Assembly (NCBI GenBank): GCA_045159875.1
Contig: CP067995.1
Coordinates: 2,272,001-2,336,000 of the forward strand
DNA: 64,000 nucleotides
DNA from: a cyanobacterium endosymbiont of Rhopalodia gibba
GTDB lineage: Bacteria > Cyanobacteriota > Cyanobacteriia > Cyanobacteriales > Microcystaceae
Direction of reading: 5' to 3'
The translations under genes were made by a program, and so were the position numbers. This document shows positions 9,815 to 19,800 of the stretch, in pieces (positions within the stretch are counted from its first letter, which is position 1; each line of letters starts with the position of its first letter). The notes beneath the pieces are model-generated. The model saw only the letters and a program-made list of their open reading frames with translations, ran no database searches and was not told the DNA's origin.

Positions 9815-10951
9815 CTACTTGCAGACTTCATTGCTCATAATCAGTTTTCCGTGATTACTGCTAACAATGATAGAACAATCACGTCTAAATAAGACTGATC
9901 CTACTCTCACATCAACGTCAGCATGCTTACGAATATAAGCTTGACTTCTTTGATCAATCGTCTGAGCTATAGATTGATAGATTTTTTCAGTCCAATTACT
10001 TCCCGTTTGTTCATCACAATCCCGCAATAATTTTAATCCATTTTCCGTGGTAGAACTTTTTAAAAGCTGTTGTAACTTAGTAGTCGGACAACCTATTTTG
10101 GCTCCATGAGCAACTAAGATTTCTAATCTTCCATCAGCTAAATGATGATGAGTATGAAAAATTCCTCCCGCTAATTTAATTAATTTGCCATGATAACCAA
10201 ACAGTAGAAGAGAAACTAATTTTTGAAATCCAGCTGTTACTAATAAAGGGCCTAGCCAATTCGCAGTCTTAATTATTCTTTTGGGATTTATTCCTTGTTT
10301 TTTCGCTAACTCTAAGCCATTTTCTCCCAAACAAAATACTAAACTATTAAACTGTTTGGCTTTGGCAGTTAGTTCCTCCTGATATGCTGTTAATTGATTG
10401 GCAGCAGTTAGGGGTTGAGAAATGCCAGTAGTTCCTAACAAAGAAAGTCCTTTGACTACCCCAAATGACTCATTAGATGTTCTTCTAGCTAATTGTTTTC
10501 CTTCCGGTAAGATAATCGTTACAATAATACTCTCTGTTGGTTTGAGATATTTTTTAAGATTTTCCTGTAAGATTTTTTTTGCATAATGATAAATAGCGTG
10601 TTTCCTCTTATTATTAATTTGGATACCAATCCCCTCACCTCCTTTAACAAAAATTTGCTTGGAAGAATTTACTTGAGTTTTTTTAGCTAATTCAACTATT
10701 ACCCAAACTGGAGTATTTCTAGTTAAATCTAAATTATCTCCTGGATCACTTCTAGTAATTGCTAAAGCTGAATTCAGTCCGATTTTAGCTACTTGTTCAA
10801 CAGGAATCTTAACCACTTGGGACGGAAAAATTAAATCCACAGAGACAATATTTTTAATATCTTTGTTTTGGAGGTGACTTAAAGCAGCAATTGCTGATGC
10901 ACAAGCAAATACAGGTAACGTATAGCCAGACCGAGGTGATTTATTGATCAT
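9815..10951 (-). CDS. cbiD: Cobalt-precorrin-5B C1-methyltransferase
   Basis: RSGYTLPVFACA, SDPGDNLDLTR, RTSNESFGV..GLSLLGTTG, GYHGKLIKLAGGIFHTH. Confidence 0.93.
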   Translation of the reverse strand: MINKSPRSGYTLPVFACASAIAALSHLQNKDIKNIVSVDLIFPSQVVKIPVEQVAKIGLNSALAITRSDPGDNLDLTRNTPVWVIVELAKKTQVNSSKQIFVKGGEGIGIQINNKRKHAIYHYAKKILQENLKKYLKPTESIIVTIILPEGKQLARRTSNESFGVVKGLSLLGTTGISQPLTAANQLTAYQEELTAKAKQFNSLVFCLGENGLELAKKQGINPKRIIKTANWLGPLLVTAGFQKLVSLLLFGYHGKLIKLAGGIFHTHHHLADGRLEILVAHGAKIGCPTTKLQQLLKSSTTENGLKLLRDCDEQTGSNWTEKIYQSIAQTIDQRSQAYIRKHADVDVRVGSVLFRRDCSIIVSSNHGKLIMSNEVCK

Positions 10952-11841
10952 CGTTTATTTCGTTGATTAGCCAATTTTAATTGCCGTTGTTTTTCTCGTT
11001 GACGCTCTATTTTATTTTTGGAAAAATCAGAAATACAGTGAGTACAAGAGACCCCCTCTTCATAGTCTAAAGATAGTTTTTCTATCCCAGAAATCGGATA
11101 ACCACAGCTAAGACACATTTCATAACTTCCTTTTTCTAAATTATGTTTAACCGCGACTCTTTTGTCAAAAACGAAACATTCTCCTTCCCACAAACTTTGT
11201 TCGGATTGTACTTTTTCTAAATATTTTAAAATTCCTCCTTTGAGGTGATAAACCTCCTTAAATCCTTTACTAACTAACAAAGAAGTTGCTTTTTCGCAAC
11301 GAATTCCACCCGTACAAAACATAGCTATTTTTTTGTGTTTGGATGGATGAAGATTTTGAGCAACATAATTAGGAAATTCCCGAAAAAAATTAGTCTTAGG
11401 ATTAACTGCTCCTTTAAAGCTTCCCATCTCTACCTCATAATTATTACGGGTATCAATAACTAAAATTTCTGGATTAGAAATTAAATGATTCCAGTCATTA
11501 TAATCAACATAGGTACCGACCTTTTCAAGCGGATTAATGTCTGGAATTCCTAGAGTAACAATCTCTTTTTTTAGTCGGACCTTCGTCCGTTTAAACGGTA
11601 AATACTCTATAGAGACTTCTTTTGTTTCTAAGTCAGTTAAGCGAGGATCACAACGTAAGTAATCTATTACAGCATCAAGTCCCTGACGAGACCCAGCAAT
11701 TGTTCCGTTTATTCCTTCTTGGGCTAATAAGATTGTACCTTTAATGGCTTTTTGGTAGCAAAGTTCTAGTAAAGGTTTTTGCTTGCTCTCAAAATCTGTT
11801 AGTCTCACGAATTTATAGAAGGTAGCGACGATTTGATTCAT
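10948..11841 (-). CDS. trhO: Rhodanese-domain tRNA uridine hydroxylase (UPF0176/YceA)
   Basis: FYKF, EGINGT, DTRNNYE, FCTGGIRCEKA, GECFVFD. Confidence 0.9.
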   Translation of the reverse strand: MNQIVATFYKFVRLTDFESKQKPLLELCYQKAIKGTILLAQEGINGTIAGSRQGLDAVIDYLRCDPRLTDLETKEVSIEYLPFKRTKVRLKKEIVTLGIPDINPLEKVGTYVDYNDWNHLISNPEILVIDTRNNYEVEMGSFKGAVNPKTNFFREFPNYVAQNLHPSKHKKIAMFCTGGIRCEKATSLLVSKGFKEVYHLKGGILKYLEKVQSEQSLWEGECFVFDKRVAVKHNLEKGSYEMCLSCGYPISGIEKLSLDYEEGVSCTHCISDFSKNKIERQREKQRQLKLANQRNKR

Positions 11842-11948
11842 AGTAAGTTGCCTAGAAAAAACTTGTCATTTTAATGATTCTATGTGTATAATAACGGGGG
11901 TGAACAACTTATTGAGTACTTCTCAGAAATTGTCTGCCTGATGGGCAT

Positions 11949-12021
11949 GGGGATATAGCTCAGTTGGTAGAGCGCCTGCTTTGCAAGCAGGACGTCAGCG
12001 GTTCAAGTCCGCTTATCTCCA
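11949..12021 (+). tRNA. tRNA-Ala(UGC), stand-alone, CCA not encoded
   Basis: GGGGATA/TATCTCC acceptor stem, AGCTCAGTTGGTAGAGC D arm, CCTGC-TTTGCAA-GCAGG anticodon arm, GGTTCAAGTCC T loop. Confidence 0.97.
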
Positions 12022-12465
12022 TCAGGATATAAGTTATCTTTTAGGTATCTTCATTCGGGACTGTTCTTTTTTAATTAAAGAGCCACCAGGTTTTGGTCTC
12101 TTGCAATTTGGACCAGCCTTTAGCTAACTGAGTCCCGAATAGTGCGACATCTAATCAAGGTTATAGATTAGGTGTAGCTGTAACCATTTAGATCCTTGAA
12201 TGAAGTAATACAAGCACTTCTAAGCGATTCAAGGTGGTAGGAGTTTCTTCATAAACTAGAGGTATTTTATCGAAAGTTACTAAAATAGCCTTGTTGATAG
12301 TTTTGGTTCTTCCAGATTGAGTATGACGAATTAGTAGCTAATAATAACTGTTTAAACTTTTTTTAAAATTACCTTCTGTTACTACAAAGTAATCAAAACT
12401 AAGTTGAAAAAGTCGTAATTTTTTGATTGAATTTATTTCAATAACTATTATCATGACCATGACAC

Positions 12466-12518
12466 TGACAGCATCAATATAACAAGGCCAAGAATACCTT
12501 GTTATATTGATGCTGTCA
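12466..12518. repeat. Perfect 22-bp inverted repeat, 9-nt spacer
   Basis: tgacagcatcaatataacaagg-ccaagaata-ccttgttatattgatgctgtca. Confidence 0.95.
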
Positions 12519-12939
12519 TGATGAACGAGAACAAGAGCATAAATATTGTGTTTAAAGACAAGAGGATATAAAAGTTAAAAAACTACAGATTGGGTGAGAC
12601 TATCAGAAAAAATGATTTGATAGATAAATTATCTAAGATTGAAAATAATTGCAAAATTCTCCAATAAATAGAAGAAAAAAAACTTATATATAAAAAAATA
12701 TAAAATATTTTGAAAAGTTCTCGGAAAAGAATAGAGGAATTTATGTTAACCGATAATAATCTAATTTTTTAATCTAAAAAATTAGAAATTAGTAAAGTTT
12801 TTAAATAAAGAGCTGGAGATAGAAAGAAACAAGAGTGAAGACAAGGATTATTACGTCTCCTAAAAGAAAAAAGCAAAAAAATAGATAATTTTATATGAAG
12901 GGAAAATTAACCCGAAAAACAATGCAAAGATAAAGGAAT

Positions 12940-12974
12940 AAACTCAGTAATTATCAAGAATAATTACTGAGTTT
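12940..12974. repeat. Perfect 15-bp inverted repeat, 5-nt spacer
   Basis: aaactcagtaattat-caaga-ataattactgagttt. Confidence 0.9.
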
Positions 12975-13545
12975 GTGTAAATAGTTTAGTTAACACACCT
13001 GAAATAATACGAAGAAAAAGTGGCATATTAGTTATAATAGTAGAATTTTTTTATCTTTAAAAGACTAATGCAACTAGCCCGTTTGTTTTTATTCTCGTAT
13101 TTTAGTATATAGCGTTTTTATCCTTGATAATTGAAATTATATGGATTTTTTATGATTAACAATCTAACTTAGATTCAAATATATTTTTTATTTATTTATA
13201 TAAAAAAATAGCTCTAGTTATTTGTTTAAATTATTTATTTTTTCTGTTAATTTCTAATCTTTAGTACTTAAAATTTATATTTTATTCAGTAAAATTAATG
13301 ACCCATAATTAAACTATTTTTATTTAAATTTTTCTTATTTTTAACCCAAGACAAACAATAGTTTTTCTTTAATTTCATTGTATTTTTCCTTCTTGTTAAT
13401 AATTTTTGCGTCTTTTTTGTGATGTTTAAATCGCTTTTTTGGCGTAAACTATAATTATTAAGTATAAGGTTTTGGCATAACTAATGGCGCTCACTAGACT
13501 ATTTGATTACCTCTTTTTAAATTAGAAAACTATCCAAATATTTTT

Positions 13546-13589
13546 AGTTTTCAAGGAGAATGTCATTAATGACATTCTCCTTGAAAACT
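13546..13589. repeat. Perfect 44-bp spacer-less palindrome
   Basis: agttttcaaggagaatgtcattaatgacattctccttgaaaact. Confidence 0.95.
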
Positions 13590-13693
13590 TCATTTATCAA
13601 CAATTTTTTGTCATTTATACCTTGTGAGATTGATAATCTTAGTGAGGATTTTACAAAATTTTTTTCTTGCCATTTCTAATTTGTTTAAAGATA

Positions 13694-13720
13694 AAGCCTC
13701 GCCCTAAAATGGCGAGGCTT
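13694..13720 (-). terminator. Intrinsic terminator-like hairpin
   Basis: aagcctcgcc-ctaaaat-ggcgaggctt, about 30 nt downstream of the stop at 13753; T-rich tail on the minus strand. Confidence 0.65.
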
Positions 13721-13752
13721 CAAAACTAGTTTTTGTCTCAAAAATTAGAATT

Positions 13753-14598
13753 TCAGCGTCTTCTACTACCAAAACTACGAGAACGCGACCGGGGATAACT
13801 ACTACCAAAACCATTCTTGCCTTGAGTAGTTGGTTTAGACCTTACAGAAGTTCTTAGCCTACTCGACCCTATCCCTGAACCGCTTGATTTACTGGAATTA
13901 GCGGAACTTTTGCGGGTCGAAGGAGATCTTCTTAAATTCCCTGAAGTTCGCAGAGTTTCACGATTTTGGACAGCCGCAGGGGGAGCATTGTATCTGCTTT
14001 GGTAGCTATCAACTGCTTGAGTATAGGTGTTTCCGTAACCGCCATATCCCCTGATAACACTTCCTGGTTGATACATGGGAGGAATATAGTAGCGAGGGCT
14101 AAACAGTAAATTTCCTACCGCTTGACCCACTAACGCCCCAGCAAAAGGAGTCCAAAAATTAGATTCCCGATGCACCACTACGGCTTGGGGTTGTCCAGTT
14201 TGTGAGTTAGTTTGGGTTTCAGTTACGGTATGGACGTATTCAATTTTAAAGTCTTTGGTGAGGAACATGGTAGCCTCATTTCCGGTAACTTCGACTGAGG
14301 TTTTGTCCCCATTAGCAATTTGTTCATCTGTTAATTGTGCCATTTGTAAGTCAGTAGTCTGATAGACAGAAGATGTTCCTTGGGGTGTATTTAACAGCAT
14401 CAGAGTATAGGTTCCATCGGCATCGTCATAGCTTGCCTGTTGGACTGGATAAGTTCCTTTATTCACCTGGTTAGGAGAAATAACCGGTGAATTCTTAGGA
14501 GTGGGAGAAGACTGGGTTGAGGTGGTTGATGAATTGCAGGCTACTGTCGTCCAACATAGGGCTACGATTATCAAAATAGTAATGAATCTGCGTGGCAT
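13753..14598 (-). CDS. Cyanobacterial hypothetical lipoprotein with Ser/Arg-rich tail
   Basis: Signal peptide with lipobox TVAC; FWTPFAGAL.GQ..GNLLF core; RSFGSRRR tail. Confidence 0.75.
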   Translation of the reverse strand: MPRRFITILIIVALCWTTVACNSSTTSTQSSPTPKNSPVISPNQVNKGTYPVQQASYDDADGTYTLMLLNTPQGTSSVYQTTDLQMAQLTDEQIANGDKTSVEVTGNEATMFLTKDFKIEYVHTVTETQTNSQTGQPQAVVVHRESNFWTPFAGALVGQAVGNLLFSPRYYIPPMYQPGSVIRGYGGYGNTYTQAVDSYQSRYNAPPAAVQNRETLRTSGNLRRSPSTRKSSANSSKSSGSGIGSSRLRTSVRSKPTTQGKNGFGSSYPRSRSRSFGSRRR

Positions 14599-14625
14599 AA
14601 GTTTAGATTATTAGACTAGGATTGA

Positions 14626-15231
14626 CTATAGGGAGATTAGTTCTGAGAAATTAAGTAGTAACTGATCATTGGTAAGTTCATCACCTAATCTGGCGGGGGA
14701 AAAGTGGACTTGTATTGCTTCTAAAACCCCTTGATAATTAAGGTTAATGAGAGCTTTAAGTCCTTTTTCTAAAGCTAGACAATCATCCAAACTGGTTTCT
14801 AATTCAGGCGCTTCACCGTTAAAAGCCACTATGATCATAACAACCACATTACGGGTCATGGGAAGGGACAAAGGGGTGTTTTCCTCACTGCTAAAACTGT
14901 CAGATTCTGGTTCACTGAGATAACGTTGGGCAGAATCCGTAAATAATTCGGTAATATAATCTCCCGCCTCTTCTTCTTTCCAAAAAACATCTCCTTCGTT
15001 GGCGGCTGAGCGCCAATAAATAGACATCTCTAAGAGTTTCTGGCAGATGTTAGCTAAGCCCTCTCCTAACACCCCTAAATCTCCTTCGGATTCTAGGGCG
15101 TCTTGGGCAGCCTGGTTGAGAACCCCTAAAAGGGGAGCAACTTCATCTCCGGCAAGATGGATAAAAATACGAGAAACTACAAAACGGTTCTTCCCTGTTA
15201 ACTTGTTAAAACGATTACCTAAAGAACTCAT
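14626..15231 (-). CDS. DUF1517-family protein
   Basis: YWRSAANEGDVFW, LTNDQLLLNFSEL C terminus. Confidence 0.7.
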   Translation of the reverse strand: MSSLGNRFNKLTGKNRFVVSRIFIHLAGDEVAPLLGVLNQAAQDALESEGDLGVLGEGLANICQKLLEMSIYWRSAANEGDVFWKEEEAGDYITELFTDSAQRYLSEPESDSFSSEENTPLSLPMTRNVVVMIIVAFNGEAPELETSLDDCLALEKGLKALINLNYQGVLEAIQVHFSPARLGDELTNDQLLLNFSELISL

Positions 15232-15302
15232 AATAGTGTTTTCCTTGACTATAGAGAATTAAGTGGGAGAGAGGGAAATTTTTAACGTATGACTTTTAAC
15301 GG

Positions 15303-16652
15303 CTAACTTGATTTTTCATCATTTTTATCTGACTTCCTGTCTTCTTCTTTTTCTTGGGAAAAAATTTTCAAAAAACCGGAAGTAGATGGTTCTGTTCCAA
15401 GATTATCTGTGTCTAAGTTAGTCTCTTGGGAGTTTTCTGTGATGAAAGACTCACTGATTTGAGATTGATTGCCTGCGAGCATTGTTGGTGTCTCTTCACA
15501 TCCTTTGATGGCAATTTCTTCCGAAAAAATTGACTCTTTTGAGGTTTTCTGTTTATTTTCTTTTGGCTGTTCGATATCAAAAGTTTCTGTGGTAACTTCT
15601 GTCCCTTCAACAATTATTATTGTTGAAGGGGGCTGTTCCGAAAGCTCAAAATTCTCTTCCTTTACTTGTTGACTTGCCAATTCTTCTCGTTTCCCTAGTG
15701 TTTCTGTTGCTTCATTTTCTATCACTGCTTTTTTTTCAGGAATCTCTTCAAACTTTTCGGGTTTCTCCAAAATATCAGAATTGTCCCAGTCCTCTTTTTC
15801 TATGTCTAATTCTTGTGGATTAGATGATTCAGCAATAATTTCCGATAGCGGTTGAGATTTCGTTCTGATAGACCTAAACAGAGAACTTAGGAGAAAACTT
15901 AGAGAGAAGCCCTTTTTCTTAGGTTTTTCAAGTTCTAATTCAATAGTCGTAGAGGATTCGGATTCGGTTTTTACAATAGGGGTTTCTATTGGTTCTTCTG
16001 TCGGTGGGGGTGAAGGAAGTTTTTCATCTGAAATTAACGATTCAGGTGTTTCTTTGGAAGAGGTTTCTACGGTTTCTGTTTCTTCCATTAGGGCAATCGC
16101 TTCTGCTGACTCTTGAATAAAGGTTTCTGCCATTTCCGGAAAAGTATCTTCTTCTGTCACTTCTGCTGACTCTTGAATAAAGGTTTCTGCCATTTCCGGA
16201 AAAGTATCTTTTTCTGTAGATACTTTTTTAGATATTGGCCGATAAACTTCTCTGCTCAGGGGATCTTTTGCTTCTGTTACTGTCTCTACTACTGGGGATG
16301 GGATATCGTCGTTGGCAACATTAGAGTTTTTCTTGCTTCCTAAACGGCTTTTTCCCCAATTTAAGATGGAAAAATTAGTGAGATTAATTTGGTCCTTGGG
16401 ATGAGCGATCACTCGTCTCAGCCGAACGGTTTGCCACCCAAAGGATACCACTAAAATCACTGCCGCCAACTGTCCCAATAAGATTCCACCAGTAATGCGT
16501 TCAGCACATACCCACAAAACTAGGGCATAAAATAAACCAATACCACTCCAAAGAAAGTCGTCTTGGCGATGCAATCTTGGTAAGAAGAAAGCTGATAGAT
16601 ACAAAATTATGCTAGTGAAGGCGATGACAATTGCTAGGATGTAGGCCAACAT
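15303..16652 (-). CDS. ycf66: Ycf66-family membrane protein with long acidic tail
   Basis: MLAYILAI...LHRQDDFLWSGIGLFYALVLW...ITGGILLGQ Ycf66_N domain; start placed at ATG 16652. Confidence 0.8.
   Translation of the reverse strand: MLAYILAIVIAFTSIILYLSAFFLPRLHRQDDFLWSGIGLFYALVLWVCAERITGGILLGQLAAVILVVSFGWQTVRLRRVIAHPKDQINLTNFSILNWGKSRLGSKKNSNVANDDIPSPVVETVTEAKDPLSREVYRPISKKVSTEKDTFPEMAETFIQESAEVTEEDTFPEMAETFIQESAEAIALMEETETVETSSKETPESLISDEKLPSPPPTEEPIETPIVKTESESSTTIELELEKPKKKGFSLSFLLSSLFRSIRTKSQPLSEIIAESSNPQELDIEKEDWDNSDILEKPEKFEEIPEKKAVIENEATETLGKREELASQQVKEENFELSEQPPSTIIIVEGTEVTTETFDIEQPKENKQKTSKESIFSEEIAIKGCEETPTMLAGNQSQISESFITENSQETNLDTDNLGTEPSTSGFLKIFSQEKEEDRKSDKNDEKSS
16100..16217. repeat. 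In-frame 60-bp tandem duplication inside ycf66
   Basis: cttctgctgactcttgaataaaggtttctgccatttccggaaaagtatctt occurs at 16100 and 16160; encodes DTFPEMAETFIQESAE twice. Confidence 0.95.
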
Positions 16653-16827
16653 CGAATGGGTTACTCCTTGGGTATTTTCCTTATCATTGTGAGGCATCTT
16701 GCCTCTTATTGTTCATCGGATTCATGATCCAGTTTTCCTCTCAAGTAAGTTAGATTAGTTACCAAATTCTCTGACTGCGATTGTCTTCTTACACTTGATT
16801 TTATTTTTAAACCTTTAAGAAACCTCC

Positions 16828-19800
16828 ATGAGTCAATCGCCACTTCCTCCTGATTCTACGTCAAACTATTTGAGTCGTCTGCTAAGAATAGCTAAAAAAC
16901 CGTGTAGTGTCGCGATCGGACTTGCTTCTGTAACCATTGTTATCATTGGCTACACAGGGTTACGTCTTTTTCTTCAAAAATACCTTCCTCCTTGGTTAGA
17001 AAAACAAGTTAGTTACTTGATTAATCGTCCTGTTGATATTGATGAACTTCAAGGGTTTTCTTTAACTCGTCTTTATCTAGGATCTACTTCTGTGCCACAA
17101 ACTTCTGACCATCCTAATCAACTTACAGCTAGTCGTGTTGTTGTTCATTTTGATCCTATTGCTGTTTTATTTAAACGAACTTTAGTGATTAAAATTGTAC
17201 CTGAAGATGTTGAAGTTGAGTTACATCAATATTCTGAAGGAGATTTACTCAAGGGAGAAATAACGGATGAAATCATTCCTTTAAAGTTAGACCTTACTTT
17301 TGATATTACAAATGTTTTTATCAATGTCTTTCCTCAAAATACAAATAATATCCTCACAACAACTCTCAATGGACAGGTAAAGTATAGTGAAGTCACGAAA
17401 GCAAAGTGGGATTATGATCTTGATTTAGCCTTGCTCAATAGTGAAATTTCTCTCGAAGGAGTAACAGTTATTGACACTAAAGAAAGTAGGGTAAAACTAG
17501 CTATCTCTAAGTTTGATTTCAGCCAATTAATGCCTCTTATTATTAATTCTCCCGTTCAATTACATCAAGGAGATATCGAAGCGGATCTAAATCTTAATTT
17601 TCCTTCTATTGAAAGATTGTCTGAAACCAAAGCTAAAGGGGAAGTTAATTTAGATAATATCAAGGGAAAAATTAAATATTTCAAAGAACCTTTGCAAATA
17701 GTTGCCAATATTTTTTTTCAGGAAAATAAAATTTTAATTACAAAAACTCAGGTAAATTTAGGCAATATTATTACTAGTTTATCTGGTCAATATGATTGGA
17801 ATACTGGATTTGATTTGGAAGCTAATATTAGTGGGTTAAGTTGGAAGAATATTTGGCAAGTCTACCCAATTAAATTGCCTATAAAAATTGAGGGAGAATT
17901 ACAAGCTAAATTAAATTTAATAGGAACGTTTAATGCCCCTTTACTAAGGGGAAAAATACAAAATAAAAAAAATATAAAAATTGCTCAAACTCAATTCAAA
18001 AAAATTACTTTTGATTTTCAAAGTAATTTAGATAATTTTTTATTTAAAGATTTATTAATTATCCCTGAAGTCGGGGGGTGGATTGTTGCCCAAGGTATGG
18101 CTAAACCTAAAATTATTCAATCTCTTATTAATGGTAGTGCAATTGATTGGAATGATATTCCTTTTAAATTAATTTTTGAGACTGAATTACCAAGTAAAAA
18201 AATAGTTAATGACTATTATCAATTGCCAAGAGAAGTCAATTTAAATCACCTAAAAGTACAAGGGAATATCAATGGAAGTTTTGCTAATCTTAAAGGTTTT
18301 ATAAAATGGAATACAGCTGGAAGTTTGAACAGAGACAATACTAAAATTATCAGTCAAGGTAATATTTTAATAGAAAAAAATGATGTTGATCTCAAAAATA
18401 TAGAGCTAGTGACCCAAAGAGGGAGATTAATTATAAATGGTAGTGGAAATCTTAAAAATAAAAAATGGCAAGCTCACTTAAATTCTAATTTTTTAGATTT
18501 AACTCCATTTACTTCAACGATTTGTAGCGTAAAATATACAAAATGTCCTAATAATATTTTTCTTAAAAATGCCAACGTTAAAATAGGAGTTGACCTTAAT
18601 AAACCTTGGAAAAAATCAGTTAATTTATTATCTAATTTAGCCCTAGTATTAGACGACGGAAATCTTGTTATTAATACTCAGTTACAACAAGCTAAATTTA
18701 CGACATCAATAACGGGATTAAAATTGCCTTTTAAGTTATTATTGGCTAATATTTTTATCCCAGTTACGTTAAGAAAATATCAATTTAATTTGTCAGGAAA
18801 TATAGAAGAAATTTTACAGAAATCAACCATTGATGTTAATGCGATTCAAGGTAATTCTAATTTAGAAGTAGAAATAGCTAAAAGTCCTCTAAATGTCCAA
18901 ATAACCTGGCAAAATGGAGCTTTTAAAGGAAAAGCTGAGCTGAGATCTTTATCTCTCAATCAATTTGTCCCTCAGCTAGCCATTCCTGTTCAATTAATTA
19001 ACAGTAAGATTAACTTTTTAGGCAGTCTACAATCGCTACTATTTTTGAGTGAAACTCCTAACTTTAATGACTTTCAAGTAAATGCTGACACGCAATTTAA
19101 GCTCGCTGATGGAACTATTACAGCTAATAGTAAATTAAATCAAGGACAAATAACTGTTAATGCGATAGCTACCCCTCTATCAGTTCCTAATCTTTTACCA
19201 CAAGTTTCTATACCTATTAAAGTTAGAAAAACAAACATTAATTTAATAGCTTATTTGCCTGATTTACTAGCTTTTGATTTAAATAGAGTGCAGGGGAGTG
19301 CTCAGTTAGAACTCGGAGTTACCAAAAAAGAAATTACCACATCAATCCAATTAATTAATAATCAATGGCAAACTAATATTGTTGCTAATCAACTAGATTT
19401 ATCAACCTGGAAAAATCAATTATTTTTTAAAAAAATCATTGAACCAATTGATGCAAGAATAAACCTGTCAGGAACTTTAGGCTCATTATTATCACCTGAC
19501 TCTATAATTCCTATTCAAGCCACTAATATTTTAGTAGAAATAGGACAACAAAAAATAAAAGCTAATGGGAATATAACTCTGACTAATATTCTTGACAGTC
19601 CTGATGTTACTTCTGTCAATCTGAATGTTGAGACCCAAGTTGATTTAAAAGTTTTACCTGTTACAGATTTTTTATCTAAAATTATTATTTATAAACAGCT
19701 TTTACCCCAAGCTCTTGATTTAACAGGAAAAGTAAAATTTAAAGGTAATCTAGTTGCAAAAAATTTATTAACTTCTTCTATATTTAATGAAAACCTGCAA

